From: Synechococcus sp. UW140
Lineage (GTDB): Bacteria > Cyanobacteriota > Cyanobacteriia > PCC-6307 > Cyanobiaceae
Assembly (NCBI GenBank): GCA_943373125.1
Contig: CALSBG010000007.1
Coordinates: 15,705 to 79,704 of the forward strand
Length of the DNA stretch: 64,000 nucleotides
Direction: 5' to 3'
In this document: in pieces, positions 1-6,862 of the stretch
Layout: each line of letters opens with the position of its first letter
How positions within the stretch are numbered: the first letter of the stretch is position 1
The notes under the pieces: generated by a model
Seen by the model: the letters and a program-made list of their open reading frames with translations, nothing else
The model's database searches: none
What the model was told of the DNA's origin: nothing
Translations under genes and position numbers: made by a program

Positions 1-1592
1 AACACAGCTACATTGGAAATATCTTCGGCGATTTGCTTCTCCCCGAGTTGCAAGCGACGTGCAATGACTGCGGGGAAGACGCTCAGGAGAAGACGCTCAT
101 TGTCCTGACTCTTTTGTTCGACCAGTTCTCGCTGGGAACGCAAGCTATGCAGCATTGAATTGAACGACCGACCCAGTTCACCAAACTCATCTCCGGTTTC
201 CAGGGTTGGGATCGACTCCAGCTCGCCAGTTGCCACCCTGCGGGCACTGCTGATCAGAGCACTGATCGGTTTCACGAAGAAATGGGCGAGACCCATCGCC
301 ACTAAGGTGGCGATGAGGATCAAGAGTGTCGCTGAAATCAGAATCTGGCGCTCAAAAAATTGGATGGGTTCGTAGGCTTCGTCCAGGTCCATTTCGGCAA
401 GGATGACCCAATCCAGATCCTTGATCTTTAATGGGGCGAATGAGCTAAGAACGGGACTATTACGATAGTCCTTGATAATTTCTGTGCCCTTTCGTCCAAC
501 TAGAGCCTGGCTGACTCCCTGTGTCTTTACCCGCAACTGTAGGATTGTGGTATCAAACTGCTGGATTCTTCTTATGATGTCTTCATTGATGTTCAGCGAA
601 CGAAGGTTCGCTGAAAAAGCTTTCGGATCCTCGATCAGAAATCTAGAAATTGAACGCATCAGCTGGTCATTGCCGACCAAGTAGGTTTCGCCGGAGTTAC
701 CGAGACCTTCATCTTTCCAGTTGCGATTACCGGTCATCACATTGTTGATTTCATTCACCGGCAACTGAAAGGCCAGAATTCCTACCAGGTCAGACCCTCG
801 ATAAATAGGCGCAGCGATGAATGCAGCAGGAGCGTCATAGGATGGTGCATAGTGTGCAAAGTCCACAAGCCTTGTATACTTCCGCTCCTTTGCATCCATT
901 ACCGTTCGCACAAGACTGGCAAGGTTAGAGCCTTTGTAGGGTCCGCTTAAAAGATTACTGGCAAAGTCAGTTTCCTTAAAAGTGGTATAGACGATAGTTC
1001 CTTCCGGATTGATCAGAAACATATCATAATATCCGAAGCGTTCGATTATGTTGCGGAAGATGGGATGGTAGGTAGCATGAACTTTCGAATATGCGCCATT
1101 ATCAGGAGCCCTGTTGAGAAGTTGTTTCTTACCAACTGGGTTGGGATTGGCAGCAATGTATTGAAACTGAAGATATTGGGAAGCTGGCGATTTAACAAGA
1201 TAGGACTGCAGAACAGGTGTTCCCGGGCGGCCCTTCATTAGACGCGGCAGAAAGATCTGAGCATAGTAGTCTGACAACTTCTTGTCAGCTTCCTTGGATA
1301 ACGGGAACCGATCCATCAGCTTGTGTGCTGTAGTAAACTCCTGGACTGCGGATGATATTGTTGGGTCTTCACTTAGAGTCTGAGTATGATTTCGGATGGT
1401 GTTGAAATAGGCCTCAATCTGTTGTGCTTTAGAGGTCCGGACGCTTGTCAGTTGATTAGAAACACTGCTCGTGAGATTGTCTTTGCCGCTCCTATAACCA
1501 AGTGCGGCAGTTACAAAAATTGAAAAGCCGCTGACAGCAAGTAACATCAAGATTAGCTTTGACTTGATGCTCAAATGGTTCAGTAAAGGCAT
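1..1592 (-). CDS. Membrane-bound class III adenylate/guanylate cyclase-like sensor (TM, Cache-like periplasmic domain, TM, HAMP, start of cyclase domain); 3'-truncated by the window edge
   Basis: Manual translation from ATG at 1592 is open to position 1: MPLLNHLSIKSKLILMLLAVSGFSIFVTAALGY...FGYYDMFLINPEGTIVYTTFKETDF...second TM...HAMP (KPISALISSARRVATGEL...DEFGELGRSFNSM)...ERLLLSVFPAVIARRLQLGEKQIAEDISNVAV, the typical lead-in to a class III cyclase core. Absent from the ORF track because no stop lies in the window. Confidence 0.85.
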   Translation of the reverse strand, partial: MPLLNHLSIKSKLILMLLAVSGFSIFVTAALGYRSGKDNLTSSVSNQLTSVRTSKAQQIEAYFNTIRNHTQTLSEDPTISSAVQEFTTAHKLMDRFPLSKEADKKLSDYYAQIFLPRLMKGRPGTPVLQSYLVKSPASQYLQFQYIAANPNPVGKKQLLNRAPDNGAYSKVHATYHPIFRNIIERFGYYDMFLINPEGTIVYTTFKETDFASNLLSGPYKGSNLASLVRTVMDAKERKYTRLVDFAHYAPSYDAPAAFIAAPIYRGSDLVGILAFQLPVNEINNVMTGNRNWKDEGLGNSGETYLVGNDQLMRSISRFLIEDPKAFSANLRSLNINEDIIRRIQQFDTTILQLRVKTQGVSQALVGRKGTEIIKDYRNSPVLSSFAPLKIKDLDWVILAEMDLDEAYEPIQFFERQILISATLLILIATLVAMGLAHFFVKPISALISSARRVATGELESIPTLETGDEFGELGRSFNSMLHSLRSQRELVEQKSQDNERLLLSVFPAVIARRLQLGEKQIAEDISNVAV

Positions 1593-1693
1593 TGACCAGT
1601 AGGTTCGAGGCGTGGAAATGAATTTGAACTTATTGAAACAGCACGATGATTACACTCCAAAATTCTATAACTCCAAGAGAAGCAAAACTGTAG

Positions 1694-1921
1694 TCATGGC
1701 TTCACTTCCCTGGCCTGGAGGTCTGGGTAGTTGGCACAGCTTGGATGAGAAACCTGCAGCGGGATCCTGCAAGGCCCTTCTTTCGCATCAATGCTATGCG
1801 GATGTTTCACCAGCCATGCATGGACAGTAGCGTCAAGTAAGTGAGCGTCTTGGTCAGCGAGCCGATTGAAGGATTCCTGGATCACCCGTGCTGAGTGGAC
1901 GCCTTCCCCCGCACCGGCCAA
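1694..1921 (-). pseudogene. Possible degraded ISAs1-family transposase fragment
   Basis: ESFNRLADQDAHLLDATVHAWLVKHPHSIDAK followed, after a one-base frameshift, by GLAGSR resembles the ISAs1 pattern F-R-(x)-D-x-x-x-L-D-A-(x)-W-L...IDGK-TLRGS. Recognised from memory only. Confidence 0.35.
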
Positions 1922-2203
1922 TGCTTATAAAGCAACTGTTGCTGATTCCATGGGCGACTGAGCATCAGCAACAGGCTGAAACGGCCTGGATCAAGCCCTG
2001 GCTAGGCTCTAATTGATTCCTGTCGCCCGTTGCAAGCGAAGCAATTGACTCTTTTACTGCTTGAATATTTAGAGCCAGTATCTTATCTGGGAGCGCCAAA
2101 ACAATGTTCGATTGTTCGGATTACTCAGACTACGTGACTTCGCCTAGAATCGTGCTACGAGCTGGATCGCTCTTCCGGTCTAGTTGTGTAGTATAAAGAA
2201 CAT

Positions 2204-2445
2204 GTGATGATCAGACCCGCAAACCACGCCGATGGTTGGGTGGCCCTTGCCAATGGGCATTGCAACGCTTGGGTTTTGCGGGTAACCAGGCCGTGGATGG
2301 ATCGTAGTTCACGCAAAAAATGGGGAGGGGGACTCGGGGAGCGGGACTCGGTGCGTGGTTGCCGTAAACTGCCAATGAAGCGTTATGCATACCTGGCAAG
2401 TTGCCGCTCAGGGCGACTAGATCTGCTTTTCAAGCTTCTACATAA
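2204..2445 (+). pseudogene. Possible degraded GNAT acetyltransferase
   Basis: One frame reads LGFAGNQAVDGS*FTQKMGRGT-RGAGLGAWL-P*TANEALCIPGKLPLRATRSAFQAST*, with a motif-A-like RGAGLGAWL at 2335-2361 and stops at 2305 and 2365. Another frame starts MMIRPANHAD, like GNAT N-termini. Confidence 0.4.
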
Positions 2446-2479
2446 TGCCTAGACTCCATTCATTCAGCAGTAATCAGCT

Positions 2480-2997
2480 ATGAAGTCCATGTCAGATGAC
2501 TTCCTCCATAGGCACAAAGCTCGGCTTTCAGCCCAATGCCCTACAACACTGCCTAATGAGAGCTGGGTTGTTCTTGACTGGGCATGAGCTTCTCAAAGCA
2601 GAAATTCAAGACAATATAAAATGATTCTTTGTCTTTCCAGCACTTGACTTAAACACGAGCAAGAAGACCCTCACGAGCACGACTAAAAAAGTCAAGATAT
2701 TGGATCTATCACAGTTCCGAGCCTGTTGCAAGTGTCTTCACCAGACTGGAGCGATCAATGAAACACAACTTCAGGCAATATTCGATAGCAGGGACCTTCG
2801 CAACAAGGTCGCCCATGAGCTGCCTAGTTTCATGATTGACTAGAGCTAGCAGATTCCCCGAGCCGTGCCGGAAAACATGGAATTCATGATAACCTCATTG
2901 GGAATGCTAAGGGGCAGAAGATAATCATGACATTCGCCCCAGGCCGTCGCTGCTCGTCGAATTGGCCGCCAAAGCTTTCGCGGAAGTGTGCTCTTAA
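2480..2997 (+). pseudogene. Degraded HEPN-like (RxxxxH) protein
   Basis: Frame reads FQPNALQHCLMRAGLFLTGHELLKAEIQDNIK*FFVFPALD...GAINETQLQAIFDSRDLRNKVAHELPSFMID*, with RNKVAH at 2799-2816, stops at 2622 and 2841, and probable frameshifts near both ends. Confidence 0.55.
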
Positions 2998-3068
2998 CCG
3001 TGAGAAGATGGATAACACCGAGCTTGTAAGCCATGCCCGTTTGCCAACATCTGTGCACAATTAAAGTC

Positions 3069-3314
3069 ATGAGGCAAGTTCTTCTACTCATCGCCAGTTC
3101 CTGCCTGGCCTTAACGTCCACGCTTACCAATGCGGCACCCCCTCCAAAGTACCTCCAGGTCAACGAATTTGGAAAGTGCCTTACTGAACAATCAAAAGGT
3201 ACATACTGCGTATGGTGTATGCCTGCAAGCAAAGCCAAAGTTTGTCCGAGCGCGAGCTGGAAGCAGTTGCGCGCATTAAAAGGGCCAGACGCCGTACCAC
3301 CTTGTTCGAAGTAG
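3069..3314 (+). CDS. Small secreted cysteine-rich hypothetical protein (81 aa)
   Basis: ATG 3069: MRQVLLLIASSCLALTSTLTNA (signal-peptide-like, ends T-N-A) then APPPKYLQVNEFGKCLTEQSKGTYCVWCMPASKAKVCPSASWKQLRALKGPDAVPPCSK, with 5 Cys in the mature part. Confidence 0.7.
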   Translation: MRQVLLLIASSCLALTSTLTNAAPPPKYLQVNEFGKCLTEQSKGTYCVWCMPASKAKVCPSASWKQLRALKGPDAVPPCSK

Positions 3315-3762
3315 CGCGCAACTTCAACAATGAATTGCAACACTAACAACCAAATTTCAGCGCCTAGCTGTGTAGCAATACCAGGTCATTCAGCGGCTGA
3401 CCCAAGGGCATGAAAGCCTCCAATATTTGAGCAACAGGTTGGTCAATTGGTTGATTAAAAGTCGGCCATACAGCCCAAATCTCTTGCAGCAGAAACGATC
3501 TTCAAATAACAATCTTTGCAAAGCGAAGGCCATCAATTCAAATCCGTTGGCCGACTTTGAGGCTTGGAAGGGTTGCGGGGCAGTCCTTGTCCTTGCATCA
3601 ACGAAGGGTTCATGGCATAGCTTGATTGACTTTAGGGAGTGGGTTGACACCCCCAGATGCGTCATTTGGTTTCGCTTGTGTGCAGTCACTTAGAACCCGT
3701 AGCAACGACAACACTCTGGCCAAGGGCCCTGAATGGCTCTCCCTTGGGCGAATATCTCCCCG

Positions 3763-3858
3763 CTTTGGCAAATTGGAGTTTTGCTGTTTTGCTGTTTTGT
3801 AGCATCGACCACTCGATGCTTTGCTGTTTTGCAGTAGAGACCACTCGATGCTTTGGCG
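3763..3858. repeat. Array of twelve 8-bp-phased units containing a 32-bp-period duplication and a hairpin
   Basis: CTTTGGCA AATTGGAG TTTTGCTG TTTTGCTG TTTTGTAG CATCGACC ACTCGATG CTTTGCTG TTTTGCAG TAGAGACC ACTCGATG CTTTGGCG: G at position 5 in 12/12 and at position 8 in 9/12. GACCACTCGATGCTTTG occurs at 3807 and 3839. AGCATCGA-ccac-TCGATGCT hairpin at 3801-3820. Confidence 0.85.
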
Positions 3859-3950
3859 GATATGCTTTTATGGGGCTATGAAATTTCCTGCCCGACCACT
3901 ATTTAGGTCCCTTGCCTCAACTACAATGGATGTTTACTTGGTGAGTACGA

Positions 3951-4142
3951 ATGAAGCGAATCACTTTTTCGGTTGAGGAGGCCGATCACCTTGCCCTCAA
4001 GTTGCTTGCCATCCATGAGAAAAAAGCAATGCTCGAGGTGGTTCAGGAGGCTGTAAGCAGCTATCTGACGAACAAAGAGGCCTATGCACTTGCCGTCACC
4101 AAGCAGTGCTGTGAGTTGACCCCTTCCAACCAGAGCTACTAA
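3951..4142 (+). CDS. Small ribbon-helix-helix (ParG/CopG-like) DNA-binding protein
   Basis: MKRITFSV (alternating beta-strand) + EEADHLALKLLAIHE (helix) + KKAMLEVVQEAVSSYL (helix); TACAAT -10-like hexamer upstream. Confidence 0.65.
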   Translation: MKRITFSVEEADHLALKLLAIHEKKAMLEVVQEAVSSYLTNKEAYALAVTKQCCELTPSNQSY

Positions 4143-4298
4143 GGGACCTCTCTTCAGAGCGGGTTTGACCCTGGCAGTACAGAATAAATCTGAGGTTGGC
4201 TATATTTTTAGCGGATTAAGCCAAGAAACACCTTGTGAATAGGGATTTAACGGTAACCTCTCGCTTGTTTTTGACTTTTAAGCAGGGTGGTCTGCTGA

Positions 4299-4333
4299 GA
4301 GTCTTCCAATGGGAGTCTTCCAATGGGAGTCTT
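4299..4333. repeat. 14-bp tandem repeat GAGTCTTCCAATGG x2.5
   Basis: Exact copies at 4299-4312 and 4313-4326, partial copy at 4327-4333. Confidence 0.9.
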
Positions 4334-4360
4334 TGTTGAGCAGCTTTGTACCACAGCCGG

Positions 4361-4413
4361 GGTGAGCACGGTGGAACCGTGGCGTCAAAACATGGTGGCA
4401 CGGCTGGCGGCAC
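4361..4413. repeat. Short direct repeats GG(T/C)GGCAC abutting the stop codon of the ABC ATPase gene
   Basis: GGTGGCAC 4394-4401 and GGCGGCAC 4406-4413 (12-bp period); degenerate GGTGAGCAC and GGTGGAAC at 4361-4377. Confidence 0.7.
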
Positions 4414-5169
4414 CTACTGCCGCCCTTGGCTTGGGCTGGCTTCCGTGGCGATCGCCCCATCTCTGAACTGCACCACCTCCTGGGCTCTGGCCGCCACGTC
4501 ATCTTCATGGGTCACCATCACCACGGTCATGCCGCCCTGATGCAGGGCTTCAAACAGATCCAGCACTTCCTTGGTGGTGCGGGAATCGAGAGCCCCTGTG
4601 GGTTCATCGGCTAGAAGCAGGGCTGGGTTGTTGATGATGGCCCTGGCCACGGCAACCCGTTGCTGTTGGCCCCCCGAGAGTTGATTGGGCTTGTTCTCGA
4701 GTCGGCTCCCTAAGCCCACCCGCTCTAGGGCAGCCTTGGAGCGCTCCCGGCGTTCCTCAACGGGAACTCCGGCATAGATCATCGGCAGCATCACGTTGTC
4801 GATGGCGCTCAATTGGGGAAGGAGGTGGAATTGCTGGAAAACAAAGCCGAGCTCTTTGTTGCGCAGGTCGGTGAGTTCGTCGTCATTGAGATGTTCAATC
4901 GCCGTGCCATTGAGCTTGTAGCTGCCACTGGTGGGCCGATCTAGACAGCCGATGATGTTCATGGCCGTGCTCTTTCCGGAGCCTGATGTACCCATCACCG
5001 CTAGATAGTCACCTCTTTTCACCTTGAGGGTGAGGCCGTTTAGTGCCCTGACTTCCGTATCCCCTGTGCCGTAGACCTTGCAGACGTCGAGCAGTTCGGC
5101 AACGGCTTGGTTGGCAGCAGCTGACGTGGTGGTGGCTTCAACCAAGGGCTGGAGAAGTGGCTGTTGCAA
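4414..5169 (-). CDS. ABC transporter ATP-binding protein (LolD/MacB/DevA-like)
   Basis: Walker [10 protein letters not shown], signature [10 protein letters not shown], Walker B LLLADE; TTG start preceded by AGGAG. Confidence 0.92.
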   Translation of the reverse strand: MQQPLLQPLVEATTTSAAANQAVAELLDVCKVYGTGDTEVRALNGLTLKVKRGDYLAVMGTSGSGKSTAMNIIGCLDRPTSGSYKLNGTAIEHLNDDELTDLRNKELGFVFQQFHLLPQLSAIDNVMLPMIYAGVPVEERRERSKAALERVGLGSRLENKPNQLSGGQQQRVAVARAIINNPALLLADEPTGALDSRTTKEVLDLFEALHQGGMTVVMVTHEDDVAARAQEVVQFRDGAIATEASPSQGRQ

Positions 5170-6739
5170 TGGCAGCTCCTGTTGCTATGGCCTGTTGCAG
5201 GATCGGGGTGCCCGCCACAGTTTCACCAGCCCACTGGAACAACGGGTTGGAGAGGACGCCGCCAACGGCGGTGATGATCACGCAGCCCACCAGGGCGGTG
5301 CGCAGGGCAGGCAGGCCAGCCACAGACCAGGTGATCGTGGGGTAGGACTTGACCGCGTCTGAGGCTTCCTGGGGTTCCTTCACCACCATCATCTTGATTA
5401 CAGAGATGTAGTAGTAAATCGACACCACAGAGGTGATGAGCCCCACCACCACCAACAGGTATTGGTGGTCGGCCCAGCCAGCAAAGAACAGATAAATCTT
5501 GCCGAAGAAGCCGAGCATGGGCGGGATACCTCCCAGCGACAGCAGGCAGAGGCTCAACCCCAGGGTGATCAGGGGGTCTTTCTGATAGAGACCGGCGTAA
5601 TCTGCGATGCGATCACTGCCGGTACGCAGCGAAAACAGGATGATGCAGGCAAAGGCCCCCAGGTTCATGAACAGGTAGGCCGCCATGTACAAAACCATGG
5701 CTGCAAAGCCATCGGCGGTGCCGCACACCAGGCCAATCATCACAAAGCCGGCCTGGCCAATGGAGCTGTAGGCCAGCATCCGCTTCATCGAGGTTTGGGC
5801 CAGGGCCACCACGTTGCCGAGCACCATGCTCAGAATCGCCAGCACGGTGAAGAGAAGCTTCCACTGGGCTTCAAAGGGCTCAAAGCAGCCCACCAAAATT
5901 CTCAAAGCCAAGGCAAATCCCGCTGCCTTGGATCCCACCGACAGGAAGGCCACCACCGGCGTCGGCGAGCCTTCGTAAACATCGGGGGTCCATTGGTGGA
6001 AGGGAACCGCGGAGATCTTGAAGGCCACAGTGGCCAGCACAAACACCAGGGCCAGGGCGCTCACCGGTGAGGCGCTGGTTTGCAGGGCCACTCCCACGGC
6101 CTCCAGGCTGGTTTCACCGCCGGTGAGGCCGTACAGCATTGAAGCCCCGTAGAGAAACACCGCGGCGGCGGCCGATCCCACCAGCAGATATTTAAGGGAA
6201 GCCTCGGCGCTGCGGGCATCGCGCTTCATGTAGCCGGACAGCAAATAGCTCGAAACCGAGAGTGTTTCCAGCGCCACGAAGATACTGATCAAATCGGTGG
6301 CGCCACATAAAACCATCGCCCCCAAAGTTGCCGAGAGCAAAATCGCCGCGTATTCGCCCACGGGGCTGCCGCTGCGCTCCACGTAGCGCCAGCTGATGAG
6401 CAACGAGATCAGGGTGGAGGCGGCCACCACGCCACGGAAAGCAATGGCCAGGTTGTCGGCGAGGAACGTACCCACAAACGAGGGCGCCAAATTGGCGTTC
6501 CATTGCAGGGCCAGCAGCACCAGGGCCGAGGACAAGCCGGCGTAGCAAATGGGTGGAACCCAGCTGCTGGAGACCTTTTCGCCAGCCAGATCCGCCAGCA
6601 GGCAGGCCAACAAGGCAAGCAAGACCGCCGCTTCTGGCGCAATGGCGGCGACGTTGAGCTGGAGGTTGAGGCCGGCCGTGCCGGCCCCACTGCCGATAGC
6701 TTCAGCCACGGACGAGAGGGTGCCGAGCAGAACAGTCAC
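5138..6739 (-). CDS. ndhB: NAD(P)H-quinone oxidoreductase subunit 2 (NDH-1)
   Basis: Multi-TM antiporter-like subunit with [33 protein letters not shown] and [13 protein letters not shown]. Start estimated at GTG 6739; the ORF-track extension to 7183 is antisense to topA. Confidence 0.95.
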   Translation of the reverse strand: MTVLLGTLSSVAEAIGSGAGTAGLNLQLNVAAIAPEAAVLLALLACLLADLAGEKVSSSWVPPICYAGLSSALVLLALQWNANLAPSFVGTFLADNLAIAFRGVVAASTLISLLISWRYVERSGSPVGEYAAILLSATLGAMVLCGATDLISIFVALETLSVSSYLLSGYMKRDARSAEASLKYLLVGSAAAAVFLYGASMLYGLTGGETSLEAVGVALQTSASPVSALALVFVLATVAFKISAVPFHQWTPDVYEGSPTPVVAFLSVGSKAAGFALALRILVGCFEPFEAQWKLLFTVLAILSMVLGNVVALAQTSMKRMLAYSSIGQAGFVMIGLVCGTADGFAAMVLYMAAYLFMNLGAFACIILFSLRTGSDRIADYAGLYQKDPLITLGLSLCLLSLGGIPPMLGFFGKIYLFFAGWADHQYLLVVVGLITSVVSIYYYISVIKMMVVKEPQEASDAVKSYPTITWSVAGLPALRTALVGCVIITAVGGVLSNPLFQWAGETVAGTPILQQAIATGAAIATATSPALG

Positions 6740-6862
6740 AGCAGCTGCGGGCCAAGGGTTGAATGGTGCGGACTGTAGCCGCGCTGGGCCCTTGATCTGT
6801 GGGGTCTCTAGCCGCCCGGGGCATTCGATGCGATAAAGAGGGGTGCGGTTGATTGCCAGTCT

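Larger units (their letters stand above)
1..4413. mobile_element. Right end of an AT-richer accessory region / genomic island
   Basis: Visibly lower GC and many A/T-ending codons compared with the core from 4414 on; pseudogene debris, long non-coding gaps and boundary direct repeats. No integrase in the window. Confidence 0.7.

Noticed and set aside
1724-1750. Shared TGGCA(C/T)AGCTTG 12-mer at ~1732 and ~3613
   Set aside because: The flanks do not align; consistent with chance.
1936-2000. Hammerhead ribozyme
   Set aside because: GAAA is present but the CUGANGA core is not.
2846-3349. 167-aa minus-strand ORF
   Set aside because: Antisense to the better-supported secreted protein and to the tail of the HEPN-like remnant.
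3390-3693. Opposing 99-aa and 88-aa ORFs
   Set aside because: No recognisable motif in any frame; may be further pseudogene debris but cannot be supported.
3763-3858. CRISPR array
   Set aside because: Only two ~17-bp copies 32 bp apart, no unique spacers of CRISPR length and no cas genes.
3657-3881. 74-aa ORF across the repeat array
   Set aside because: The translation is a by-product of the repeats and has no protein-like features.
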